Part shown: positions 17,221 through 25,479 of the stretch, one piece after another
Layout of the letters: the number at the start of each line of letters is the position of its first letter
Position numbering within the stretch: the first letter of the stretch is position 1
NCBI GenBank assembly: GCA_964611185.1
Contig: CAZSXE010000004.1
Span: 3,600 to 67,599, forward strand
Source: an uncultured Muribaculaceae bacterium
GTDB lineage: Bacteria; Bacteroidota; Bacteroidia; Bacteroidales; UBA932
Length of the DNA stretch: 64,000 nt
Direction of reading: 5' to 3'
Notes under the pieces: generated by a model
What the model saw: only the letters and a program-made list of their open reading frames with translations
Told to the model about the DNA's origin: nothing
Database searches by the model: none
Translations under genes and position numbers: made by a program

Positions 17221-18723
17221 ATGAAACACGAATTTCCACTATACATTTTTCTAATTGCTTTCGCAGCATATACTGCAATTCTTTTTTTTATTTCATGGAT
17301 GACTGCAAGAAAGGCGGGAAGCAGCTCGTTCTTCTCAGGTGACAGAAAAGCTCCGTGGCCGATAGTAGCTTATGGAATGGTAGGGGCATCTATTTCAGGG
17401 GTGACTTTTATCTCCGTACCCGGCAATGTCCTGGCGCAGAATTTTTATTATATGCCGTTGGTTCTTGGATTTGTCGGTGGATATATAATTATAGCCAAAG
17501 TACTGTTACCCCTTTATTACAGGATGAATGTTACATCCATTTATTCATACTTGGGAGAGAGATTTGGAGAGAAGTCGCATAAAACAGGAACTGTGGTATT
17601 TATGATTTCGAGGGTGCTTGGGGCGGCAGTTAGAATTTTCGTAGTGGTACTTGTTCTGTTTGCATTTCTCCCAAAGGGGGTATTCGGAGGGTCTGAAATA
17701 GTCTCTTTTTCAATAGTAACCCTGATATTTCTGATACTTTTATATTTTTATACTTATCGAGGAGGAGTTAAAACCATTATCTGGACAGATGTCCTCCAGA
17801 CTACATTTATGCTGCTGGCTGTATTTCTCACCATTTTTTATATTTGTAAAGATATGGGATGGGGATTCGGACAAATGTGTGCGGCTGTCGCCTCTACTGC
17901 CAATCCTGAAATAGCCGGAAGTAATTTTTCCGATATGTTCGACTGGAATTGGGGACATGGGACAAATGTGGTAAAGCAGTTTATTGCAGGTATCTTTGTT
18001 ACAATAGCTATGACAGGTCTCGATCAGGGGATGATGCAGAAAAATTTGGCTTGCAAAAATATTCGCAGTGCACAGAAAAATATGTACACTACTTCAATCA
18101 TTATTGTGGTAGTTAATTATTTTTTCCTTTTGTTAGGTGCCATTCTTTCTATTTATGTTGCTGATAAGGGTGGTTTTCAGGCACTTGGAATCGTGAAAAC
18201 TGATGAAATGTTTCCTGTTGTGGCAAGCCAATACCTCGGAATTACCGTCGGTGTCTTTTTTCTTATTGGTCTTATTTCCGCCTCTTACCCCAGTGCGGGC
18301 GCTGCTCTAACTTCGCTAACTACCTCTTTCTGTGTCGATTTCGTGGGTTTTAATAGTCGAAAAGATCTGAGTGAAAGTAGAAAGAACAGAGTTAGAAAAC
18401 TCATACAGGCATTTTTTACTTTATTGTTTCTGATTATTATCGTAATTCTCTATGTGGTAAGTAACGATGCTGTAGTTAATCTCGTATATAAATTGGCTTC
18501 ATATACTTATGGACCTCTTCTCGGTATGTTTTTCTTTGGGATTTTAACTAAGAGCAAGGTCAGAGATGGTGCTGTACCATATATAGCCGTGGCTGCTCCG
18601 TTGCTGTGTTTTATTATCAATTTTATAGGTAAAAAATATTTTGGTTTCGATCTCGGTTTTACCCTTTTGATTGTGAATGGTCTTCTTACATTTTTAGGTA
18701 TGTGGTTGTTTAGAAAAAAATAG
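17221..18723 (+). CDS. sodium:solute symporter family transporter
   Basis: 500 aa, about 13 TM, SSF-like organisation. Substrate not inferable. Confidence 0.75.
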   Translation: MKHEFPLYIFLIAFAAYTAILFFISWMTARKAGSSSFFSGDRKAPWPIVAYGMVGASISGVTFISVPGNVLAQNFYYMPLVLGFVGGYIIIAKVLLPLYYRMNVTSIYSYLGERFGEKSHKTGTVVFMISRVLGAAVRIFVVVLVLFAFLPKGVFGGSEIVSFSIVTLIFLILLYFYTYRGGVKTIIWTDVLQTTFMLLAVFLTIFYICKDMGWGFGQMCAAVASTANPEIAGSNFSDMFDWNWGHGTNVVKQFIAGIFVTIAMTGLDQGMMQKNLACKNIRSAQKNMYTTSIIIVVVNYFFLLLGAILSIYVADKGGFQALGIVKTDEMFPVVASQYLGITVGVFFLIGLISASYPSAGAALTSLTTSFCVDFVGFNSRKDLSESRKNRVRKLIQAFFTLLFLIIIVILYVVSNDAVVNLVYKLASYTYGPLLGMFFFGILTKSKVRDGAVPYIAVAAPLLCFIINFIGKKYFGFDLGFTLLIVNGLLTFLGMWLFRKK

Positions 18724-18726
18724 AAC

Positions 18727-19308
18727 ATGTCTTATCCTGAACTCTTTTTGCTTGCCATCGGGCTGTGCTTTGACACTTTTGCTATTTCTCTTTCAGGGGG
18801 TATATGCTTGAATTTAAAGCTCAAATGGTTTCAAATACTCAGAATCATATTTGTTTTCGCCTTTTTTCAAGCCGGTTTTGCTCTTCTCGGCTGGTTTTTG
18901 GGGAGCAGTGTTCAAGAATATATCGAAAAATTTGATCATTGGGTCGCTTTTCTCCTCCTTTTGTATATTGGTGGAAAAATGGTTCTTGAAAGTGTTTTCA
19001 AAAAAGATGATGAATGTAATCCCAATAAAATAAACCTTCTCGATGTGAAGAAGTTATCCATCCTATCCATAGCCACAAGCATAGATGCTCTCGCTGTGGG
19101 AATTTCCCTCGCCCTGCTGAGACTTTCTTCATTAAAAATCGGAATGGGTATTTTGATTATTTTTTGTGTTACCGCACTCGCCTCTTTGGCGGGACTTCTC
19201 GGTGGAAAATCTCTCGGGAAGAGATTCGGAAAAAGATCGGAGTGTGTAGGGGGGGCTATATTGATTTTAATAGGGATTAAAATTTTAGTGGAGCACCTTA
19301 TTGCCTGA
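18727..19308 (+). CDS. mntP: manganese efflux pump MntP
   Basis: 193 aa, 6 TM, duplicated DUF204 halves (CFDTFAISLSGG / SIDALAVGISLA). Confidence 0.85.
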   Translation: MSYPELFLLAIGLCFDTFAISLSGGICLNLKLKWFQILRIIFVFAFFQAGFALLGWFLGSSVQEYIEKFDHWVAFLLLLYIGGKMVLESVFKKDDECNPNKINLLDVKKLSILSIATSIDALAVGISLALLRLSSLKIGMGILIIFCVTALASLAGLLGGKSLGKRFGKRSECVGGAILILIGIKILVEHLIA

Positions 19309-19355
19309 CAATTAATTGTAATAATATTAATAGTTGTTAAACAAAATATTTGTTT

Positions 19356-19363
19356 TAACTTTG
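19356..19363 (+). promoter_or_regulatory. -7 box (TAACTTTG) upstream of the mqnA-like gene
   Basis: Matches TAnnTTTG, about 33-54 nt upstream of the candidate starts. Confidence 0.45.
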
Positions 19364-19416
19364 CGGGACTTTTTAAAAGTATTGTTTATTAAATATTGAG
19401 TACAAAATGGACGACT

Positions 19417-20178
19417 ATGGTTCGTGTAGCTGCAATTTCTTATCTAAATACGCTTCCCTTCGTATTCGGATTGGAGCGTTCTACTGTTTCAAAGCAGATA
19501 GAAATGGTAGCGTGTACTCCTTCAGAAAGCGCAGATAAGCTGCTTAGCGGCGAGATTGATCTTGGTATCGTTCCCGTGGCGATTATTCCCCAGAGTGATA
19601 ATTTGGAAATCGTGACAGACTATTGCATAGGTGCAGATGGTCCCGTGGCGAGTGTACTTATATGCAGTGGAGTGCCTTTGAATAAGGTGGATGAAATATT
19701 CCTCGACGAAGATTCTCGCACCTCTGCTCTTCTTACAAAAGTGCTTGCGCACAATTATTGGGGTATTTCCCCAAAATATTCTTCATACACTTTTAATGAA
19801 AATTCTCCCCTTGATTTATCTAAAACCTACCTTCTGATTGGGGATAAGGCCATGGAGCACTCATCTGAGTTTGAATTTTGCTATGACCTCGCTTTTGAAT
19901 GGAAGTGTTTTAAAAATGAGCCTTTTGTGTTTGCGTTGTGGACGGCAAATAAAAAACTTGACACAGATTTTTTGGCCAGTTTTTCCGAGGCTCTCGGGTA
20001 TGGGGTTTCTCACATTGAAGATTGTGTTGAGAACAAAAAAACAAAATTTTCCAAGGAGATTGCTTTAGCATATTTGAATAATAATATTTCATATAATCTT
20101 AATATAGATAAAAGGAGGGCTTTGTCAGATTTTTGGAGTATGACATTTGAGTCTTCCAAATTTCGAGTCCGATGGTGA
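19417..20178 (+). CDS. mqnA: MqnA-like menaquinone (futalosine pathway) protein / chorismate dehydratase
   Basis: N-terminus MVRVAAISYLNTLPF typical of the MqnA/MqnD family. The ORF track starts at TTG 19396; ATG 19417 is preferred. Confidence 0.65.
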   Translation: MVRVAAISYLNTLPFVFGLERSTVSKQIEMVACTPSESADKLLSGEIDLGIVPVAIIPQSDNLEIVTDYCIGADGPVASVLICSGVPLNKVDEIFLDEDSRTSALLTKVLAHNYWGISPKYSSYTFNENSPLDLSKTYLLIGDKAMEHSSEFEFCYDLAFEWKCFKNEPFVFALWTANKKLDTDFLASFSEALGYGVSHIEDCVENKKTKFSKEIALAYLNNNISYNLNIDKRRALSDFWSMTFESSKFRVRW

Positions 20179-20250
20179 ATCTTAAAAAGTTTTCTCTAAT
20201 GAGAATCCGATTATTAAAAGATTGTATAACCAATATAAAAACTCGGAATA

Positions 20251-21198
20251 ATGATTCAAATATTTTATAAACAAGACGGAAAAATACTTACATCAGGCTC
20301 GATAGAGTTTCTTGATAACTTGGGATTTGACGATGTGCTCTGGATAGATTTATTCTCGCCGGCAGGGGAGGAAAAAAGGGGAGTTGAAGATTTTCTCGAT
20401 ATGACACTTCAATCGCGTGCCCAAGCAGAAGAAATTGAATCTTCTTCTCGATATTCGGAAACTGAAACTACCATTTTTGCCAATACTAACTTTTTGATAC
20501 CCGGTCCTGAAGACTATTCCATGGAGGCTGTCTCTTTTATTCTATGTGAAGGAATAATCGTTTCGATAAGAAATGTGCAGTTGAGAAGTTTCGGGGATAT
20601 TCAGCGTAAGATTCAACTTAATCATAAATTATATCCTACCGGTTATCATGTACTTGTCGGTATTCTTGAAAATCGAATAGATCTTGATGCGGATATGATT
20701 GAGTTAATGGCCAAAGAGATAGATACATACTCAAAAAAGGTTAGTACAGGGCGTAATGTAAATGAAGATTTTCTTCTTGATATTAACCAGCTTCAGGAAA
20801 ATACGATGATGGTGAGGGAAAATATTGTGGATAAACAAAGGATGATCTCTTCGATACTGAAAAGTGATAAATTTCCACGTGATGTTTATACAAAACTTTC
20901 AGTAATCAATAAAGACATCGGGTCACTTATTAATCATACAAATTTTAGCTTTGAAAGGCTTGATTATTTGCAAAATACTGTTTTAGGCCTTATTAATCTT
21001 GACCAGAACAAGATTATGAAAATATTTACATTTGTCTCCCTTCTTCTTATGCCTCCTACATTGATTGCTTCTATTTATGGAATGAATATTAACCTTCCTC
21101 TCATTGGAGGGAGATGGGATATGGCACTTGTTATTTTTGTGATGCTATTCACCATAGTTACTACGCTTATTATTTTTAGAAAACGTAAAATGTTATAA
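20251..21198 (+). CDS. corA: magnesium/cobalt transporter CorA
   Basis: 315 aa. YGMN signature (SIYGMNINLP) between two C-terminal TM helices. Confidence 0.9.
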   Translation: MIQIFYKQDGKILTSGSIEFLDNLGFDDVLWIDLFSPAGEEKRGVEDFLDMTLQSRAQAEEIESSSRYSETETTIFANTNFLIPGPEDYSMEAVSFILCEGIIVSIRNVQLRSFGDIQRKIQLNHKLYPTGYHVLVGILENRIDLDADMIELMAKEIDTYSKKVSTGRNVNEDFLLDINQLQENTMMVRENIVDKQRMISSILKSDKFPRDVYTKLSVINKDIGSLINHTNFSFERLDYLQNTVLGLINLDQNKIMKIFTFVSLLLMPPTLIASIYGMNINLPLIGGRWDMALVIFVMLFTIVTTLIIFRKRKML

Positions 21199-21203
21199 TT
21201 TAT

Positions 21204-22448
21204 ATGAATTTTGAAATAAGGAATGAGGCTCTCTGGGAGAGCGGCAAAAGAAAAATAGATTGGGTGAAAGGAAATATGCCTTTACTTCGAGAGATTGAAG
21301 AGCAGTTTTCGCGTGATCTCCCATTTAAGGGATTGAAAATTACTCTTTCTATCCACTTGGAGGCTAAAACCGCTTATTTGTGTAAGGTACTTGCCGCAGG
21401 AGGAGCTCAGATGTTTATTACAGGGAGTAATCCTTTATCCACTCAAGATGATGTGGCAGCAGCCCTTGTTCATGACGGATTAAATGTGTATGCCTGGCAC
21501 GGATGCACTCCGGAGGAGTATCATCATCATCTTGAAAAGGTAGTGGAGTCAGGACCAAATATTATTATCGATGATGGTGGAGATTTGGTTCATCTGATTC
21601 ATAGCGAATATCCCGAGTTGATTCCGAATGTTATAGGGGGATGCGAAGAGACTACCACCGGAATAATGAGACTCTTGGCTATGAATAAAGAGGGTGCATT
21701 GAGATTTCCGATGATGTTGGTAAATAATGCTCGTTGTAAATATCTTTTTGATAACAGATATGGGACAGGTCAGTCTGTCTGGAATGGTATCAATAGGACA
21801 ACCAATCTTATAGTGGCCGGAAAAAATGTAGTGGTTGCTGGTTATGGATGGTGTGGAAAAGGGGTGGCTATGAGGGCAAAAGGGCTTGGCGCATCTGTTA
21901 TTGTTACTGAAATTGACCCTGTTAAGGCTATTGAGGCTGTCATGGATGGATTTAAAGTGATCTCTATGGAGCAAGCTGCCTCTGTGGGAGATATTTTTGT
22001 TACCGTTACGGGATGCTGCGATGTAATCGTCAATGACCACTTTATGAAAATGAAAAACGGTGCAATCTGCTGCAATGCAGGTCATTTTGATTGCGAGGTG
22101 GATGTGGCCGGTATAAAAAAGATAGCTATTGAATGTAAAGATGCTCGTGAAAATATCAAAGGATATCTACTTCCCAGCGGACATTGGATATATATATTAG
22201 CAGAGGGACGCCTTGTCAACCTTGCTTCAGGTGACGGGCATCCCGCTGAAATAATGGATATGAGTTTTGCTATTCAGGCACTTAGCGCCAAGTATCTTGT
22301 CGAAAATCACTCTTCAATTCGGGAGAAAATCGTCGAGATTCCTCATGAAATTGATATCAAAGTGGCGGAAATGAAACTTAAGGATCTTGGTTCCACTTTA
22401 ACCGAGCTGACCGAAAAGCAAAAGAACTATCTTAAAAAAAGTCATTAG
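21204..22448 (+). CDS. ahcY: adenosylhomocysteinase (short form)
   Basis: 414 aa. LSIHLEAKTA, EETTTG and the NAD-binding GYGWCGKG motif. Confidence 0.95.
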   Translation: MNFEIRNEALWESGKRKIDWVKGNMPLLREIEEQFSRDLPFKGLKITLSIHLEAKTAYLCKVLAAGGAQMFITGSNPLSTQDDVAAALVHDGLNVYAWHGCTPEEYHHHLEKVVESGPNIIIDDGGDLVHLIHSEYPELIPNVIGGCEETTTGIMRLLAMNKEGALRFPMMLVNNARCKYLFDNRYGTGQSVWNGINRTTNLIVAGKNVVVAGYGWCGKGVAMRAKGLGASVIVTEIDPVKAIEAVMDGFKVISMEQAASVGDIFVTVTGCCDVIVNDHFMKMKNGAICCNAGHFDCEVDVAGIKKIAIECKDARENIKGYLLPSGHWIYILAEGRLVNLASGDGHPAEIMDMSFAIQALSAKYLVENHSSIREKIVEIPHEIDIKVAEMKLKDLGSTLTELTEKQKNYLKKSH

Positions 22449-23167
22449 TAATTTACTTTGATTGTTTTGAAGGTATCGTCTCCGGTTTTAAACTTTATTT
22501 CTAACCCCTTTATACCTTCAGCTGTCGCTTCTTCATTAAGTGGAATTGACAAATAACCATAAGTTCTAATATCATTGTATGGCTGATTGTTGTTGTTGTG
22601 CTTGAATTCAAGAATATAGTATCCGTCCTTAGTCGTATCCTCATTTAGATTCTGAGCTAAATTAACGATGTGTTTCGATGAACTCATACTTGAGGCAAAG
22701 AATACAAATTCAATGGTTACAAATCTCTTTGCTTCCTCAATTCCTCCTGAGTACCATATATTTTGGGGTAAAGCTACTGCGTTACCGAGGGTGTCGATCT
22801 TGTCAGTATATACTATGTTTTTGGTGAGAACATTCTCTATTCCTGCTACTTTAATCTGTTTGGTCTCAGGCTGATATGAAGATTTTTCGATAGGTTCAGA
22901 TGTTACTTCTTGGAAATAAAGGAGAACTCTATCGTTGTTTTTGGGTTCATAATTCGGAAAATCGCTGTAATTGGTGGGTACTAATGTCAGAGAGTCGTCT
23001 GAAATGAACAAATAAGATGATTTTTGGGGCTCAAGATTTCCTTTTACAGGGATTACTGTGGCGAAAGTGGCTTTGTAGGTTACATTACTATCTTTGTTGC
23101 AAGATGAAACCAAAATGATACCTAATAAGGCAAATGTTAAAACTGATAAAAATGTTTTTCTTTTCAT
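22445..23167 (-). CDS. NigD-like lipoprotein
   Basis: 240 aa. Signal peptide with lipobox LVSSC. Pattern ATVIPV...YLFISDDSLTLVP...NDRVLLYF resembles the NigD N-domain by recall. Stop overlaps the ahcY stop by 4 nt (convergent). Confidence 0.5.
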   Translation of the reverse strand: MKRKTFLSVLTFALLGIILVSSCNKDSNVTYKATFATVIPVKGNLEPQKSSYLFISDDSLTLVPTNYSDFPNYEPKNNDRVLLYFQEVTSEPIEKSSYQPETKQIKVAGIENVLTKNIVYTDKIDTLGNAVALPQNIWYSGGIEEAKRFVTIEFVFFASSMSSSKHIVNLAQNLNEDTTKDGYYILEFKHNNNNQPYNDIRTYGYLSIPLNEEATAEGIKGLEIKFKTGDDTFKTIKVNY

Positions 23168-23259
23168 ATTGTAATATTATTAAAAAATTCTGTTACGAAA
23201 TATAAATACAATTTTTTTAAAATACTGCACGACAAAAAAAATATTTTAATTAAATGCAG

Positions 23260-23267
23260 TATTTTTG
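23260..23267 (+). promoter_or_regulatory. -7 box (TATTTTTG) upstream of the ECF sigma gene
   Basis: Matches TAnnTTTG, 27-33 nt before the GTG 23294 / ATG 23300 starts. Overlaps the right arm of the 8-bp inverted repeat ATACTGCA (23222-23229) / TGCAGTAT (23255-23262). Confidence 0.45.
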
Positions 23268-23293
23268 CATTTCTTTCATTTAGTATATGTAGC

Positions 23294-23830
23294 GTGAAAA
23301 TGGATAAACTGAGGCTATTCGAAAATATATACAGGCAATACTCCGGGCGGATGTTAGCTATATGTATGAGGTATTGCACAGACAAGAGCTTGGCAAAAGA
23401 CCTTATGCATGACGGTTTTATCCATATATATAATTCGCTTGATAGATTTGAAGATAGGGGGGAAGGTTCGATGAGAGCATGGATGGAGAGGGTTATGGTA
23501 AATCATTGTCTTCAAGATTTGAGAAAAAAAGATGTATTTAAAAACTCAGTGAATATTGATGATTCGATGGAATATGAGATAGGGCAGGATGTGGAGGAGG
23601 CACTCGTGGAGAGTGTGAAACAAATTCCCCAAGAAGTTTTGCAGCGATTTATTATGGAATTGCCGGTGGGATATAGAACAGTCTTTAATATGTATGTGAT
23701 GGAAAATATGTCCCATAAAGAGATAGCTAAGGCCCTTTCTATTAATGAAAAAAGTTCATCTTCCCAGCTTTCAAGGGCGAAAGTGCTTCTTGTTAAAAAA
23801 TTAAATGAATATGAAAGAAATAAAAGATAA
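23294..23830 (+). CDS. ECF-type RNA polymerase sigma-70 family factor
   Basis: 178 aa. Region 2 (DLMHDGFIHIYNSLDRF) and region 4 HTH (MSHKEIAKALSINEKSSSSQLSRAK). Starts at GTG 23294 or ATG 23300. Confidence 0.9.
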   Translation: MKMDKLRLFENIYRQYSGRMLAICMRYCTDKSLAKDLMHDGFIHIYNSLDRFEDRGEGSMRAWMERVMVNHCLQDLRKKDVFKNSVNIDDSMEYEIGQDVEEALVESVKQIPQEVLQRFIMELPVGYRTVFNMYVMENMSHKEIAKALSINEKSSSSQLSRAKVLLVKKLNEYERNKR

Positions 23831-25016
23831 GTTTTATAACGCTTTAAAAGAAAGACTTGATTCTTACTCGGAAGAGGTGGAGAATGATGATTGGCTGGCT
23901 CTTAAAGCTGATATAATGAAAAGGAAAAGGTTGCGTCTCTTTTATTATTCTGCTGCAGCAGTTATAGTAGCTCTTATCGGCCTTACTGCCGGTTTGGCTA
24001 TTGTCGATAAACCTAATTCCATAGGAGTTATTACCCCTCTTGAGCATAGAGCTATTACGATGGCATCTTCTTATACTATTTCTGCTCCCCATTATTATGA
24101 ACTTCAAGATATATATTTAAAAGATAGAGGTCAGAGTGTTTTAAATGACAAATCGGAGGAAGATGATAAAACTGAAAGAATCGATAAAGTGTCTATTGAA
24201 TATAAAGCTGATAATAAGAGTGTTGACGAGTCAAAAATAAGATCATCCGATAGAAATGATATGATGGATACTAAAGGAGATCTCGTAATCAGTGATTTTC
24301 CTGAAGATGACTATCTTTCTGTAAATGAGAAAGTTACCGTAAAAAAAGTGCAGAAATATGATGTGTCTGTTGTGGGGAATAGCTCGATTTTAGGTGAAAA
24401 TTTTAATACTACACTGTTATATGGCGTTGCTCAAGAGAAGATGATAAGTTATAATACATCCCTCGTCTCTTCTCAGACGATTAAACCCAATAACGATACT
24501 GATGATAAAGTGCTGAATCTCGATCCGGACTATGAGTATAATTATCAACTACCGGTTTCATTCGGTCTATCTTTCAGAGTAGGAGTAGTAAATAATTTGT
24601 TTTTAGAAACAGGACTTTTCGCGACAAAAATGAAAACGGAAGTTAAAACCGGAGCCAATTCTCTTGCCGGCAATATTGAATTTTGGTATGTAGGTATTCC
24701 GATAAAGGCATCATGGTCGTTTTTTTCGAGCAGATATTTCGACGCTTATGTGGCCGGAGGAGGAAGTTTGGAAAAATGTGTCTCCATTAATTCATCTCTT
24801 GTGGCTATTAATCAAGTCCCGAAAGATATTCCTCTTCTGTTTTCGCTAAATGCCAATGTGGGTTTTCAGTTCAATATTATCCCTCAGGTATCTCTCTTTT
24901 TCGAACCTGGCATCTCATATTTTTTCGATAAGCGCAATCCTCTCCCTTCAATTAGAAATAATAAACCCTTTAATGTTAATCTTCAGGGCGGCTTAAGATT
25001 TAATTTTAATATTTAA
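23805..25016 (+). CDS. putative anti-sigma factor with membrane anchor and C-terminal OMP beta-barrel-like domain
   Basis: 403 aa, overlapping the sigma gene by 26 nt. About 44 charged N-terminal aa, a TM at about 45-66 and an acidic/low-complexity linker. The last ~160 aa show alternating-hydrophobic strands ending in LRFNFNI. Confidence 0.55.
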   Translation: MNMKEIKDKFYNALKERLDSYSEEVENDDWLALKADIMKRKRLRLFYYSAAAVIVALIGLTAGLAIVDKPNSIGVITPLEHRAITMASSYTISAPHYYELQDIYLKDRGQSVLNDKSEEDDKTERIDKVSIEYKADNKSVDESKIRSSDRNDMMDTKGDLVISDFPEDDYLSVNEKVTVKKVQKYDVSVVGNSSILGENFNTTLLYGVAQEKMISYNTSLVSSQTIKPNNDTDDKVLNLDPDYEYNYQLPVSFGLSFRVGVVNNLFLETGLFATKMKTEVKTGANSLAGNIEFWYVGIPIKASWSFFSSRYFDAYVAGGGSLEKCVSINSSLVAINQVPKDIPLLFSLNANVGFQFNIIPQVSLFFEPGISYFFDKRNPLPSIRNNKPFNVNLQGGLRFNFNI

Positions 25017-25046
25017 AAGGTTATCGATTTTTTAAATATTTTTTTG

Positions 25047-25094
25047 ATAACTAAAAAACTTAGTTTATATTTGTGTATAATTTATTTTAGTTAT
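25047..25094. promoter_or_regulatory. 10-bp perfect inverted repeat bracketing the blaI -7 box and start codon (candidate operator or hairpin)
   Basis: ATAACTAAAA (25047-25056) and TTTTAGTTAT (25085-25094). The -7 box TATATTTG lies at 25066-25073. The blaI ATG is at 25093. Confidence 0.4.
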
Positions 25095-25476
25095 GAGAAA
25101 AAAATATTTCGGATTATTAACCCCCAAGGAGGAGGAGATTATGAATTTCTTTTGGGAGCACGGTAAATTGTTTGTTAAGGATTTGCTTGATTTGATTCCT
25201 GAGCCGAAGCCTCATTTTAATACCATTTCTACATTTGTAAGAGCTCTTGAGGAGAAAGGTTACTTATCTCATGAAGAGAGCGGTAATTCTTATTGTTATT
25301 TTCCATTGTTGAATAGAGAGCAGTTCCATAATGAATCGCTGAAGGGTGTTATTGGAAAATATTATAATAATTCAATTCTAAGTGCCGTTTCCTCTCTTGT
25401 TGAGGAGGAGGCCATCTCTGTGGAAGATTTGAAAAAATTAATTTATCAAGTGGAAAACGGAAATAAAAAAATTTAA
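25093..25476 (+). CDS. BlaI/MecI/CopY-family transcriptional repressor
   Basis: 127 aa winged-helix protein. LTPKEEEIMNFFW...TISTFVRALEEKGYL pattern of the BlaI family. Lies 3 nt upstream of the M56 gene. Confidence 0.85.
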   Translation: MRKKYFGLLTPKEEEIMNFFWEHGKLFVKDLLDLIPEPKPHFNTISTFVRALEEKGYLSHEESGNSYCYFPLLNREQFHNESLKGVIGKYYNNSILSAVSSLVEEEAISVEDLKKLIYQVENGNKKI

Positions 25477-25479
25477 GTT

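Noticed and set aside
18724-18726. Expected yybP-ykoY manganese riboswitch ahead of mntP
   Set aside because: Only 3 nt separate mntP from the preceding symporter gene, so there is no room for a riboswitch.
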